Both the position numbers and the translations under genes were made by a program. Positions 32,133 through 43,866 of a stretch of DNA of 64,000 nucleotides are shown piece by piece. The DNA comes from a virus. The stretch spans positions 1-64,000 of IMG/VR virus record IMGVR_UViG_3300048593_000672. One strand, 5' to 3'. A model generated the notes under the pieces. That model was not told the DNA's origin, ran no database searches, and saw only the letters and a list, made by a program, of their open reading frames with translations. The first letter of the stretch is position 1. Each line of letters starts with the position of its first letter.

Positions 32133-32588
32133 TTACCTATAAGAATTTGTTTGCGTCACAATTAAATTCATTCTAGCCTGTGCAGGATAAATTGCACCAT
32201 CTAGTTCAGCGTATGGTCTAATTACTGGATTTTGATGAATAACGAAACTACTCTCAGATTGAATTTTGCTAATAGCGATCGCCAACACCCCGTCATAATT
32301 CCACTGTCTCAGGATTAGCTCAAACAAAAGATGATAAGACTTTAAAGCCAACAACCCCCCATCATTCATTTTTGGCTCAAGATTTAAGATTGCCTCAATG
32401 CCAGAGCCATCAACGATCTTATAGTTTTGGGGAAGGTCGGGGGGACTTATCCACACGGCTGGTATTTGTCCCTGTTCAACCTGATACAGCCCCAGGTCAT
32501 CAGCTAACAAAAGTCTAATAGCATCTGAGACATTGAGGGCAAAAGTGTCTAGTTGAGTTTGGGTGATGGACATAATAAATACCAGCAA
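32133..32588 (-). CDS. Tail terminator/completion protein (putative)
   Basis: Position between the gp10-like gene and the tail tube. Confidence 0.5.
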   Translation of the reverse strand: MLVFIMSITQTQLDTFALNVSDAIRLLLADDLGLYQVEQGQIPAVWISPPDLPQNYKIVDGSGIEAILNLEPKMNDGGLLALKSYHLLFELILRQWNYDGVLAIAISKIQSESSFVIHQNPVIRPYAELDGAIYPAQARMNLIVTQTNSYR

Positions 32589-32593
32589 AAAGA

Positions 32594-33073
32594 TTAGTAA
32601 TCAAATTCAGTTGTCTCAGTCTCAACCGTAATATCCCTCAAGCCAGCATCCTTAACGTACCGACCACGATCGTCGCGCAACCTGGTAACACCCCTCTTGT
32701 CCGTAGAAAGATTCGCTTTAAGCTTCTCGGCTATGCGCTCGGCAATACTCATCCCATCTTCCAGCGCATCGGACATAAAGGGTCGGGCGGGTAGAATCGC
32801 ATGACCGTTAGAGCCGCCTTCATGCACTAAATCACTATACTTAGCCGTGTTAAAAAACTTAACGTGAAGACCGTTAATATCAACGTCTTGGCTCTCTAAC
32901 AAATGCTCCGAGTCCAAAATATCCCTTGGACTGCCAGCAGGGGGTTTATGTTTACGGATAGTCTTATTGGGCCAATACCAGTGTGGAGATTCAATATTGT
33001 CCAGAATCTCATTGTGGATTTCATACGCAACTTCGGCTAAGGCAGCCTCTACCAGTGGATTAATGTTAATCAC
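32594..33073 (-). CDS. HK97 gp10-like neck/tail completion protein
   Basis: RDILDSEHLLES, YSDLVHEG, PARPFM. Confidence 0.75.
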   Translation of the reverse strand: MININPLVEAALAEVAYEIHNEILDNIESPHWYWPNKTIRKHKPPAGSPRDILDSEHLLESQDVDINGLHVKFFNTAKYSDLVHEGGSNGHAILPARPFMSDALEDGMSIAERIAEKLKANLSTDKRGVTRLRDDRGRYVKDAGLRDITVETETTEFDY

Positions 33074-33121
33074 TTGACAACTAAGTTTGCTATAGTATTA
33101 TCAATCATAACATTTTACGGT

Positions 33122-34768
33122 ATGCTGTCCTTCCCCCTAATTGAATCGTTAACCATTCAAACAACAGTTGACTTCCCAAAGAATCATATCTTGAGAGATG
33201 ATAAAGGGCGGGAACAGCGCATTATCCCCCACCAAGCCCCACTACGCAAATTTAACTTAACCAAAAAGATATTAACTGCCAGTGATGTTAATGATCTTTA
33301 TGACTTATTTGAAAGCATGAAGGGGGCTGGCGATAGCTTTCTTTACCAAGATAAATCAGATTATAGGGCGACTCGTTTAGCTAATACTTTCTCTGCTGGT
33401 GTTTATACTCAAGGCGTAATTATTAAAAGTGGTAGCACTTATTTACTTTGCAAAAAATACGCCTGTGGCGATAACATTCATTACCGTCCCATCTATCATG
33501 CCGACACATTAACGATTTACAGTGGTGATACGGTTGTGACAGGCTGGACATTCTTTGACGGTGGCACAATAACTGGATTATCTGGGGATGGCTATACTGC
33601 AAACTTTACTTTTAAAACCCCCGTTAGGTTTGAAGTTGATAAGCTTGAAAACGTCATCTCTACAAGCAAAAATAGCTCAGGTCGCTTACTTTATTCGCTT
33701 AACAATGTAATGTTATCTGAGACGCGACAAAGCATCCCTATCATCCTCACAGATACATTTCTAGACGATTGTGGACATACTTTTCAGATAGATTTCCTGT
33801 TTAACGCTACTATCAGCAAAAACTACACTACTGAGATAATCCCATTAGCCAGTGGATATGAAAAACGAACCTCGTTACAGGATGATGGCATTACTGAGAT
33901 TGACTTTGGCGATCGCACTCAACTAACCCAAGATCAACTTGAATACTTGCTATGCGTTTGGCTAAATACTAAGGGCTGTGGCGCATTCTTCAACTTTGAA
34001 GATGAAACAAATACCAGCGTGGGAGCAAGGTTTGATAATATCCCTTTAAGTTACACACAGCGATCGCCACTCCCCTATCCCAAATATGAAGTTAAGGGAT
34101 TAAGAGCAAGATTATTTTATGAGGGAATTTTAGAGGATACCGGCTACAACGGTTGGACTGGTTCTGTTTTGACGCTGTGTGATTGTATTAAGATTAAAAT
34201 AGAAACCCCACCTGCTATTACCGTTATTACCGTGCTAACCTATACGACGGGACAAAGCACTTTCGGTTATACGCTCTTACTAAAAGCGGCTCATTATGGT
34301 ACTTACGCGCAGTCGGATACGGTTGTAGGGACGTGGACTGACTTAACAATTGTTGGGAATGGCCCGATTATTGTTAGTGGTTTCTGGACATATGTAGGTG
34401 GATTTTCAATGTTGACCTATGGCGGGCCTATTGTAAACGGCATAAATTTAGGATGGCACGGTGGAGGCATAGACGAGGGTGAAGTTTATGTTTATCCCCG
34501 TTCAAATCCTAATGCACCTGGTTTCTCAACGATTGGCTCCATCTCTTATCAAATAGTGTTATCAAGTAATGGAAAAAGAGATATTATTCAGTTACCCTAC
34601 ACTAATCTAATTAGTATTGAAAGCGTGAAAAATATTAGCCAAACAATTACCTACATTGAGAGTGTAGATTATGAGATTGTCAGCCTTGTTAGTGGGCAGA
34701 TTAGACCATTAGTGGGCGGGGCGATTGAGGACAACCAGCAGCTAATTATTAGTTATTCAATAGCCTAA
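33122..34768 (+). CDS. GTA-type distal tail protein (two tandem DUF2460-like domains) with C-terminal extension
   Basis: GREQR...FLYQDKSDY...FKTPVRFEVD; second unit SGYEKR...ARFD; the TTG at 33074 is a -35 box, so ATG 33122 is the likelier start. Confidence 0.8.
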   Translation: MLSFPLIESLTIQTTVDFPKNHILRDDKGREQRIIPHQAPLRKFNLTKKILTASDVNDLYDLFESMKGAGDSFLYQDKSDYRATRLANTFSAGVYTQGVIIKSGSTYLLCKKYACGDNIHYRPIYHADTLTIYSGDTVVTGWTFFDGGTITGLSGDGYTANFTFKTPVRFEVDKLENVISTSKNSSGRLLYSLNNVMLSETRQSIPIILTDTFLDDCGHTFQIDFLFNATISKNYTTEIIPLASGYEKRTSLQDDGITEIDFGDRTQLTQDQLEYLLCVWLNTKGCGAFFNFEDETNTSVGARFDNIPLSYTQRSPLPYPKYEVKGLRARLFYEGILEDTGYNGWTGSVLTLCDCIKIKIETPPAITVITVLTYTTGQSTFGYTLLLKAAHYGTYAQSDTVVGTWTDLTIVGNGPIIVSGFWTYVGGFSMLTYGGPIVNGINLGWHGGGIDEGEVYVYPRSNPNAPGFSTIGSISYQIVLSSNGKRDIIQLPYTNLISIESVKNISQTITYIESVDYEIVSLVSGQIRPLVGGAIEDNQQLIISYSIA

Positions 34769-34847
34769 AGCTTGATATAAAAAATGGTTGAGTGGAAAGT
34801 AGCCTAGTCAAGTGATACCACGCTCTAGATATTGAACTATATTTTAA

Positions 34848-35066
34848 TCACAGGTATCTTAATGCAGTTGCTTCTGTATCTGTGATTGCCCGATTAAACA
34901 TAGAAAAAGACGAGACAACTCCATTAAAAAACCATGTATTATTGTAGCTACCCAGTCTATAAACATGATTAAAGTTTAAAGGCGTAACGTATGACCCAAA
35001 CGCACCATACCCTCTCTGGTAAATATTAAAGCTGGAATTTCCAGTTGAGCAGCAAATTGTTGTCAT
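34848..35066 (-). pseudogene. C-terminal fragment of a LamG/concanavalin-like receptor-binding domain
   Basis: FNGVVSSFSMFNRAIT..E..AL is a LamG C-terminus; only 72 aa. Confidence 0.5.
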
Positions 35067-35068
35067 TT

Positions 35069-36007
35069 TTATTCTCTCAAAATACCATATAATCTTATTT
35101 CAGCGCAATCCGCGTAACTTGTTGCATTACTAGTAAATCGATAGAAAGAATAATCAGCAGTATTTGAAATAGAAGGAGAGTACCAACTCGAATCATTCGG
35201 AGTTGATAGCCCTGTTGCTAGGGTTGTCCAGTCCGTCCCATTGTTTGAGGCTGAAATACTGAACGGATTAAAACTCCAGCCTCCTTGCCTGGGTAACATA
35301 GAAATTCTATCCACCATCGCCGTTCTGCTTCCATTAAATTTAATAGTGAAATTTGGGTTTGCTTCATAATTACTATGGAAAAAATCAGTATTGACTCGGT
35401 TTGTTGCCTGAGCAGTGATCAAACCAGCATAGTTACTTGATTCACTAGCAGTAATAAAGCCCCTTGTGTGAGGATTTATAAAATTCTCAGTCGCCGCATT
35501 TGTTCCTAAATAATAAAGAATATCATTCGTATCATTGTCGCTGACATAAGTACAAATAATACCAGGTGGCACATAACCTGGTAGCCAATTGATAGTATAG
35601 GAACCAGTGATAACCTTAATATTATGATTTGTATCTAATAAGAAAAAATCAATTGAATTATTAGCATCTATTTTAACGCCTTTATTGGCGGGTATAGTAA
35701 CCCCATTTACGGTTGAAAGTCCATAAAAAACAATGTATTTTGTGCTTAAATTTACCCAAATAATATGTTCACCAATGCCTAAACTTGAACAATCTATGCC
35801 GATATTAGCCGCTATGTTATCGGTAAAATAATAGCCGCTAGAAGTCAAGGCAGTATTTTGATTGATGGGTAAGGAAAATTTGATACTTCCATTGAACGAG
35901 TTAGGATTGTCTGGCGCGATCGCCCCTCCACTCCCAACCCCTGAAGTAGCAGTTGACCGGAGTGTTGCCATTCTCCCGTCAATCAATTCGAGTGAGCTTT
36001 TCATCAA
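35069..36007 (-). CDS. Tail fibre/receptor-binding protein with discoidin (F5/8C)-like domain
   Basis: SASNNGTDWTTL, YSFYRF, AEIRLYG. Confidence 0.7.
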   Translation of the reverse strand: MMKSSLELIDGRMATLRSTATSGVGSGGAIAPDNPNSFNGSIKFSLPINQNTALTSSGYYFTDNIAANIGIDCSSLGIGEHIIWVNLSTKYIVFYGLSTVNGVTIPANKGVKIDANNSIDFFLLDTNHNIKVITGSYTINWLPGYVPPGIICTYVSDNDTNDILYYLGTNAATENFINPHTRGFITASESSNYAGLITAQATNRVNTDFFHSNYEANPNFTIKFNGSRTAMVDRISMLPRQGGWSFNPFSISASNNGTDWTTLATGLSTPNDSSWYSPSISNTADYSFYRFTSNATSYADCAEIRLYGILRE

Positions 36008-38342
36008 CTATCTCCTCTGATTAATGCCACAAATTCAGATGGTAAATCAAACGACTCAGCTATTGTTGCCCATAAATTTCGATGCTCTTGAGCTACTTCT
36101 GCGATCTGGCAAAACAGTGGAAAGGCTACCGCAAAATCATCTACCCCATGATCAATGATAAAACTGTAGGCTAGGTCTTTTTTGCCCACTATTGACGGAT
36201 GGCGAGTGTTAGCAATAGCTTCATAATTGATCATGTTTTGTTCAAATGATATTGTCAAATTGAATCCTACCCAACTAGGTACAGGATCGGCAATTGGCTC
36301 TGGGTTAGGGATAATTTCTATTTCTTCATCTGATTCAATAAAATCTTGCCACACTTTTTGTAAAACCGATAAAGTAGGCTCAGTCACTCCCGAAAAATTA
36401 GGTTCGTCATTAATCCAAGGGAGAATGCTTATAATGTCATTACATTCCAAGTAAATTGTAGTTTCCGATCTTTTCATGGGGCTATTCTCCTATAAGAAAT
36501 ATTGATTGCAAAGACTATATTATTAGGAGTGCCAACTTTAGTGCCTCTTACGGTTACACAATTTCTTGTTTTTCCGCTTACTACTTCTGTCGTGTCAATG
36601 ACATATTGAGTGGTAGAAAATAACGTGGTCAAAGATGCACTTGTTATCGATCCTAGCGATGCTACTTGAATCACGCTATCGTTAAGGGGAGCGTAGCCAA
36701 GGCTAACATCCCATCTATTATTAGCGTCTGCCGAAGAGACGGTGGTTGTAACGTTAGATTCAAACAAAAGAATCCTAAAAGAACCACTAGAAACAGGAAA
36801 ATACAATACGTTGGTTGAACTAAATACGTTTAGTCCTGATTGGATAGTATATATTTGTTTAGTAACCCAATAAACTCCATTCCAAAGCCACCATGTAAGG
36901 TCATCTGTTTTATACCAAATATCATCAGCTACCAAAGCACTACCATTAACCCTTGTCGTTGGTTTTGTAGATTGATAAAAATGTTCAACCTCGTTTATTC
37001 TAGTCCCGTTTGGTAGAATATTGGGGGGATTAATTAACAACATTTAAACTACCTCCGTAACTCTAGCAGCACCGTTTGCTGATGTCCAAACACCTTTAAT
37101 CTCACCTGAATAATCATCCCCTTTGATGATTAATGTCGCGTCAGGTTGTAGCTTAACTGTGTAGTTGGTAGTAGATGCTGCACTAGCGTTACAACAGACG
37201 TATAAAATAGCAGTTGAATCATTATAAATAATCGCAGTTTTTCGATTGTTGTTTGCTGCCAATAAAGTAACAGAAGTAGCAATACTTGTTACATTACTTA
37301 GTGTTGAAGTTGCGGCATAGGATTGAGTTACAGATAGCGAGGTTGCCGGTGTTTTTACTCCCGCAACTAAAGCAGATAAGATAGCTTTTAATCTGTCAAG
37401 TACAGTATTGGCGGTTGGGATTGGCTGTATCTCCCCAACTTGAGCAACAATACTGGCTAAAGTTGCTTCTGTTGCTAATGTGTCTGTTACCGCTAATGCT
37501 GTCGATAATTGAGCCTCTGTTACTGGTTGATCGAGTTGATTGTTAACAGTAACGATACTGCTTTTTTTGTCAGTATCTACAATCAAAGCAGCTAATTTTT
37601 GCGTGTTTCCGCCAGCGTCTAATGCTGTTATAAAATCCATTACCAAAAAGCCCTCCAAAGCTGGCTAAATCGACTTCTTAGGTCAGTAGTAATATTAATC
37701 TCTCCAATTACTATTACCACGACATTGATTTTCTGATCCGGTGTTCGATACAATTCACTGGCAGACAAACCTCCGGCGATCGCCTCTGCATTGCTGTTAA
37801 AGTCTGGGATATAGGAACCATCAAAGACAATAGAGCTAATAGGTTTTGCGCTGATTATAGCAGCAACATTACTTGCACTAATGACGGCGTTAACCGGCTC
37901 AGAGCTAACAACGGAATTGACAGGTAAAGCATTGATAACATTAGACATGGCTCACCCTTCCAATTACTTGAGCCAGTGCATAAGACGCTGACAAAACAAT
38001 ATTATTTCTAGAAATATTCATATCAAAAGGATAGGCTGTTTTAATAGACAAGGTGTTGTTGCCTTGGTATTTTGTGGGAGTTAAATCAACTGTTACATCA
38101 GACGACAGCAATGGGTAGAAATGAGTGTAATCTTTCGTCTCATCATAATAAGTCTCCCCCCATTCAAACGTAGCTAAAAGAGAGCCGTTATTCTCTTCTA
38201 GATCAGTTCGCAGTTGCCCAAAAGGAGTCCACAAAGTATAGTCACCATCAGGAAAGATAATTGAATAAAACTTTAGATAGTTCCAATCCTCCCCTTGTAT
38301 AATGGCGGCTTCGCCTGTAATATTTTGTAGTTGTCTTGACAT
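36004..38342 (-). CDS. Tail fibre-associated genes (36004-36477, 36474-37043, 37044-37658, 37640-37948, 37941-38342)
   Basis: Beta-rich, Thr/Ser-rich coupled ORFs in the tail region. Confidence 0.6.
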
Positions 38343-38350
38343 TTTAACCC

Positions 38351-38584
38351 CTACGAATAACGCCCTAAAATTTGAACTGTAACCTTGTTTGCTGTGTCTG
38401 TTACTGCCTGAATAGTATCGTTAACTGCTGACAGTGTCAAGGAATAGGGGAGATCAAAAATAAAGGTTTCTTTAGTGGCAATTTCTCTTTCAAAAAATAT
38501 GTTAGTTGTATCTGATGCTGTGCCAACACTCCCCCCTGAATTAGGGACATTATAAAGCTTTACCGTTTCTGCTGTTGTAATTGT
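38351..38584 (-). pseudogene. 5'-truncated tail structural gene remnant
   Basis: Open frame TITTAETVKLYNVP...DTIQAVTDTANKVTVQILGRYS* with no ATG, directly after a TAA. Confidence 0.6.
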
Positions 38585-38600
38585 TTATTATCAAAGATAA

Positions 38601-40184
38601 TCACAAAATCCTCATCCCCTGCCATTGCGTCCCGCCAACACTTAAGATAATATTCCCAGTAGTATTGTCAATAATCCTAGCGGCGGCTACCTCAGATGCT
38701 ACCCCACAAAATCCAAATTTCACAAATCCTCGGAAATAAAGAGTTGTACTGCCCCCATAAGCTGTGCTTGAATTTCTTCCCTCTAAATAAGAATAGGGAT
38801 CAATAATAGCTTGGCCGTCATAATTTCTCCCGCCATTATAGGCTAAGTAAGCGGCATTTGTCGCTCCGACCTCATTTAGCCTCGCATTCGCAGATGTTAC
38901 GGTTACTCCTATTCGCTTTGTGAAATCAAAAGTTGAAAGCAATAATGGTTGAATCACCGTGTTTACAGCCGTCCCTGCTGGATCTGTCTGTGAGTGGAAA
39001 TCGACGCTAAGTTGCTTCCAATTGGTATTAGCGTGTTTGGCCTTTGCCACATAAGCGTATAAATATCCTGAAGCATAAAGTCTTCCAAGCATCCATGCCC
39101 ATTGATCTGTTAAGTCAATTCTGTTAAGAAAGCCGAAATGATAACCAAAACAAGCTCCTGACGCATTGTAAATACAAATACAGCCAGCGTCACTATCGGC
39201 ACTTAACCAAAGCCGATTAATGCTTCCCTCAGTAAAGGTTAAAGTATGAGTCGCAGTTGGGGAACCATTTATTTTAGTTTCTTCTAACCACCCCCTAAGC
39301 GTTAGCGTCATACTAGGCGCGGAACCACTAACAACAAATTCAACCCAGCAGTTATGGTTATTTGATGTAACTCCTTTAGTAAATAAAGAAGTACCAGATA
39401 CTTTGCTGATGGTTGTCCACCCCGCACTAGCTAAATTCGTATCTAGTGTATTTATTAAATTAATAGCGGTTGTGAATTGATAGCCCGTGTAATCACCTGG
39501 AGTTGTGCTGTTTAAATAAACTACTGGCATTAAAAACCTCTACTGTTTGGTGTGGCAGAATAAGGGGCAGGACTGACAAAATAAGCGATTGGTAAGTTGA
39601 TAAAAGGTGTGTCTGATTGAATAATCTTAAAAACAGAAATATTGCCAGATGAATCACTTGAAGGTGTGGCGCTCACACTCCCATCCCTTTTAGCAGCTTG
39701 ATTGATTGTAATTTTAGGCAGTCCAGTCTCAATGACTGGGGGAGCCGTATATCTTTTTCCCTCTTGACAAATTTTTATCAAAGGTAAATTAGACCCCGAT
39801 GGTGTAGCAACGGGGATAAATCTTTTGCCTTTAAAATAACGAGTTTTAAGCATTTTAAACCGTACTTTCTATGCCTGACAAAATCAATGTTACGTCTGTA
39901 GTTGTAGTTGACTTAGCCTCAAATTGATCCCCCGCCAAATACCGTTCCCCAAACTCAGTTAGTATTCCACTCCCATCGGCAGAACTGCCTATTTTTTCCC
40001 CATTAAAAATATAGTGAGGATCGGTAACACCTGTCCGAGTAACCTTGACTGTTATCGTCCCTGCTGTCGTACCATTTGACGCTCGAATCTTTTCCATTAA
40101 AAAATTATAGCCAGTCGTTACAGTGTGAACAGTCTGGAAAGATGTTGTTAGCTTGATGATTTCAGAGATTGCAGTTTCAGCCAT
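38601..40184 (-). CDS. Tail-associated genes (38601-39530, 39530-39853, 39855-40184)
   Basis: Coupled ORFs directly after the host-specificity protein. Confidence 0.6.
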
Positions 40185-40188
40185 GATA

Positions 40189-42783
40189 TTAAAGCCAGTA
40201 TTGTAATTTTAAATAGTTTGTCGCATCGGGCGGTGAGGTTATCACAAAATCCGTTAAACTTTCACCACTACTGGCGGCGGTGACAGTAACCTTTCCCGTC
40301 TTGGTTGTGGCTGCGATAGTCCCTGTTGCCAAAGCGTCAGAAACAACAGAAAAAGCATTAATCCCCACACTATTGATGGCAGCACTAGTCGCACCCGTAA
40401 AGCCCACACCAAAGATAGAAATTGCATCGCCAATCGCTCCTTGAGTTGGACTAAAACCCGTAATAACTGGAGTAACAGTTGAGAGCGTTGGGGCGATCTG
40501 CACCGCTAACGGATAGCCACGCCCAACTATTGCGCTCAACTGATAGATTTTAACACTTAAATTAGTTTGGACAGAACCAAAATCTGTTACCTGGTCAGCC
40601 GCACTATAGCTTATCCCTCGGCTGGTGCTTGTCAATGTCCTTGCGACACTCAACCCGTCCATTACGTCAATCTCGTATCGCTCCGAAACCTCACTCATTA
40701 AACTTGAGGGGCTTGACCAGCCATCGTGACGATCGCGGCGATCCCATGCAATTGCAATATTCCCACCCTGGTCTTTGGTCGCACTTGCACTGACAGGGGA
40801 ATAGCATTCTAGAGAAATACCAGCAGAGGAAATTGCTGTGTAGCTTGCCACCGATGGCTCACTCCCATTAACCCCAACCGCTTTCAGTCGCAATGACAAG
40901 CCTATATCGGACTGGGCTAGTTTAATTTTGCCCAAATAGCCACTCAACAAAACAAACTGCTCATTTGTGCCATGTCCACTAATAGCCCAGTCAGTCCCCC
41001 GACAACCCCGCTTAAACTCACTCAGATCATAGACTCCGGTAGAGATGAGGGCTGCATCCCTGGCCATAATAATTTCATTGCCCAAGCTAAATAAAATCCC
41101 ATTATTCAAGTCAAATTGGGCTTGAGTCACAGAAGATAGTTGTCCTGTACAATCACTGACCCTAATTGTCGTTGCATTACTGGCCGTGGCTGTGGCGACA
41201 ATCCCGACAATGCTCTTACTGCTAACACTGGCAATACTTTGATAGCTTGCACCAGAATCCCGACTAACATAAATGTTTCCACCCCGCCAATTGGTATCAC
41301 CCACAACAGCAATATATCCCGTCCCATCTGGGTCGCTATCAGTAATAAGGGAGATGTCAAGGGGGATAAGTGTAGCAGTGCCAATAGGTGTAGTGGTTGT
41401 TTGAGGATAATCAATATCAGCGTCAATATCTGGATCTGGATAAACCGGCTGAACAATAATCGGCGTGTCGGGATCGCCTGGGTCGTATGTGACACTTCCA
41501 TTAGCACCAGCGCAAAAAAGCTCAATGAGGTAGTTAGTCCCAACCGTCTTTTTTTCTATCCGCCATAAACGATTAACATTTCCCTCGTTAATTGATATGC
41601 AATCTCCAACATTAAGCCCGTTATAACAGGGCATTAAATAAAGCTTTTCAAGCTTATGCTTGTATGCTTTAGACTGATACAGCAATCGGCTTGCCACTCG
41701 TCCCATATCCCCGTCATAGCCGACAATTGAAGTAGTAAAAGTATCTTCTTTTGTATGCGTTGCAGCCGGATCTTTATAGAATTGAAATCCCTTATCATGA
41801 TCCTTACCAGCATTGGTAAATGTAACCCCAACAAATGAGGGCATATCTAGGGGATCGGGTTCAGGTCTTTCATAGGGAGTAATTGTTGGTGTTTTATAAT
41901 CCCTTGCCCCTAGCGCATCAAGATCTATAGATTTTGTTAAAGAAGCATTGCTAATACGATCAAAATAAAGCTTGTCATCAGACTCCCAATAATAGAGAAA
42001 GTTGATTCGACAAATATCTTCTATAAAATCTTTAAAACTACTCCCGCTATTTTCATAGACATCACCAGCGACATTAATAGATCCACAATCCCCTATAAAA
42101 ACAACATCCTCTTGAGTAATTCCGTCCTTGGCTGCAACGTGCCAAATCAAGTCCTGTAGATCGGGATCTTGACCAAATCTAAATTTTGCCTCTACGTCTA
42201 TTTTGGGAAAACCAGACCCCTTATAAAGTTCAATCGGGTACTCATTAAAAGCTAATAAACTACATCCTCGAAAGGCTGGAACGTAGCCCTCTAGAGATGT
42301 TAGAAGATCTAGTGGGCTTTGATCTGCCCTTCCTAATCTCAATTCGGTATGATCATTAAATTGCTGAATTACATCCCCAGAATCCCAAGCTGTATAAATC
42401 TGGACTCCATTAGCCCAGACACGATTAAGTCCCTCATCAGAAATCTCACCACCAATCAAAAATACAGCAGTCAAATAGTAATTTGCTGTGTCAGCATTGG
42501 TAACTGTCGTATTTCCACCACCCCCTTTTCCGCCCGATGACTGAGTAGTGGTCGTAGTTGTGATGACTTCCTTTAATGACTTTGCATAGATCAACGAACA
42601 GCCATTAACTCGATTTAATCCATATAAATCACGAATTAAATAGCCAAATTCACTATTCGGTGCGCCTAAGTTGTCTAATCTTTGGGCTGGTGTGTTGACA
42701 TAATTTGTAGTGTGGGGCGCAAATAAACGGCCCAATAATCCGATACCAGCACTAGCAACAGCAGGAATAATTAAATTAGCCAT
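40189..42783 (-). CDS. GTA-like host specificity/central tail tip protein with C-terminal IPT/TIG domain
   Basis: GGKGGG, PAFRG, RG.RGTD, SEVSERYEIDV, PVITGFSP. Confidence 0.85.
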   Translation of the reverse strand: MANLIIPAVASAGIGLLGRLFAPHTTNYVNTPAQRLDNLGAPNSEFGYLIRDLYGLNRVNGCSLIYAKSLKEVITTTTTTQSSGGKGGGGNTTVTNADTANYYLTAVFLIGGEISDEGLNRVWANGVQIYTAWDSGDVIQQFNDHTELRLGRADQSPLDLLTSLEGYVPAFRGCSLLAFNEYPIELYKGSGFPKIDVEAKFRFGQDPDLQDLIWHVAAKDGITQEDVVFIGDCGSINVAGDVYENSGSSFKDFIEDICRINFLYYWESDDKLYFDRISNASLTKSIDLDALGARDYKTPTITPYERPEPDPLDMPSFVGVTFTNAGKDHDKGFQFYKDPAATHTKEDTFTTSIVGYDGDMGRVASRLLYQSKAYKHKLEKLYLMPCYNGLNVGDCISINEGNVNRLWRIEKKTVGTNYLIELFCAGANGSVTYDPGDPDTPIIVQPVYPDPDIDADIDYPQTTTTPIGTATLIPLDISLITDSDPDGTGYIAVVGDTNWRGGNIYVSRDSGASYQSIASVSSKSIVGIVATATASNATTIRVSDCTGQLSSVTQAQFDLNNGILFSLGNEIIMARDAALISTGVYDLSEFKRGCRGTDWAISGHGTNEQFVLLSGYLGKIKLAQSDIGLSLRLKAVGVNGSEPSVASYTAISSAGISLECYSPVSASATKDQGGNIAIAWDRRDRHDGWSSPSSLMSEVSERYEIDVMDGLSVARTLTSTSRGISYSAADQVTDFGSVQTNLSVKIYQLSAIVGRGYPLAVQIAPTLSTVTPVITGFSPTQGAIGDAISIFGVGFTGATSAAINSVGINAFSVVSDALATGTIAATTKTGKVTVTAASSGESLTDFVITSPPDATNYLKLQYWL

Positions 42784-43201
42784 CTATCACCCCTGGCACT
42801 TCATACACTTTGATAATACGATGAACATTGCTCTCCAATGTCCCGTAACAAACTTTTCTCGCCGTTGCGCTGGCATGAACAAACTTTTTTTCATCCACAA
42901 CAATTGCAGAATGGGTATCTAAATTATTAAACTTAATCGCTAAAACATTTGCGATCTTAATAACGCTTGATTCGACTAAATATTTTTCTAATTGCCGAAT
43001 CATAAAAGAGCCTCTGGCTAATGGCTCATAGTTGGGAATTATGTCATCTTTATCAACAAAGCCAACATTTTTGCCAACACCAAACAACAATTGCACACAA
43101 TCAACCCCCACCCCCTTAACGCATTGATGATGATGATAGGGAGTTCCAAGCCATGTTAAGGCTTCCGTAACAATTTGCTGTCGAGTAATCTTAGTTGCCA
43201 T
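42776..43201 (-). CDS. NlpC/P60 tail peptidase
   Basis: WLGTPYHHH...GVDC, H.AI...FVHA. Confidence 0.9.
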   Translation of the reverse strand: MATKITRQQIVTEALTWLGTPYHHHQCVKGVGVDCVQLLFGVGKNVGFVDKDDIIPNYEPLARGSFMIRQLEKYLVESSVIKIANVLAIKFNNLDTHSAIVVDEKKFVHASATARKVCYGTLESNVHRIIKVYEVPGVIDG

Positions 43202-43313
43202 ACAATTAAATTAACATAGCGAAGTGAGACTATGACTATGATTTTGCTATCAGCCCTTATGGCTCTGTATATGTGGTTAGTTATTGAGTCTATCTTTAAG
43301 GAGCCATTTCCCA

Positions 43314-43775
43314 ATGACCTATCCCCTGAACAATCTTCTAGCGATCGCTGGCGACATCATCAGCGACCCAAGCATTAAAGCCAATGCGACAATAAGCTTT
43401 AGCCGAATCATCCGCGACTCCACCCCGACATTCACTACCGACAGTAAAGGGCGACAAATACCAGCAGAAGGAAGTAGCGAGGTGGTAGAGCTTAGTTGCT
43501 GGCTGCGGGAAGCAAGGGTAAAGCGTGACAATCCCCAAATGCAGGAAGGGGCGGATTTGAATGCCACTTACTTTGAAGGTCGGTTAGTTGACCCCAAAAC
43601 CTACGATTTCCCGATCAAGGCTAATAGCCCTATCACCGTCACGGTTAATGGACGCACCGGCACAATGCTTGTAGATACGAGGATGTTAGAGTCTCCAGCC
43701 AGCCAACAATACGACATTAAAGGGCAACTAGGCCAACAAATTGCAATCTTTGTACAGTTTAAACAAAATAATTAG
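43314..43775 (+). CDS. Putative head-closure/virion protein, inverted relative to neighbours
   Basis: DSKGRQIP, YFEGRLVDP; location among head-tail genes. Confidence 0.45.
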   Translation: MTYPLNNLLAIAGDIISDPSIKANATISFSRIIRDSTPTFTTDSKGRQIPAEGSSEVVELSCWLREARVKRDNPQMQEGADLNATYFEGRLVDPKTYDFPIKANSPITVTVNGRTGTMLVDTRMLESPASQQYDIKGQLGQQIAIFVQFKQNN

Positions 43776-43840
43776 CTTGACAACTCACTTTAGTTGTGCC
43801 AAGATAAGATTGGTTTTGGACACTTGCCATGGTTAATACT

Positions 43841-43866
43841 CCCCCAGTTTGTTACTGGGGTTTTTT
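43841..43866 (+). terminator. Intrinsic terminator
   Basis: CCCCAG-tttgtta-CTGGGG followed by a T tract. Confidence 0.65.

Noticed and set aside
34848-40184. Diversity-generating retroelement or invertible tail-fibre shufflon
   Set aside because: No reverse transcriptase, invertase, TR/VR pair or flanking inverted repeats seen
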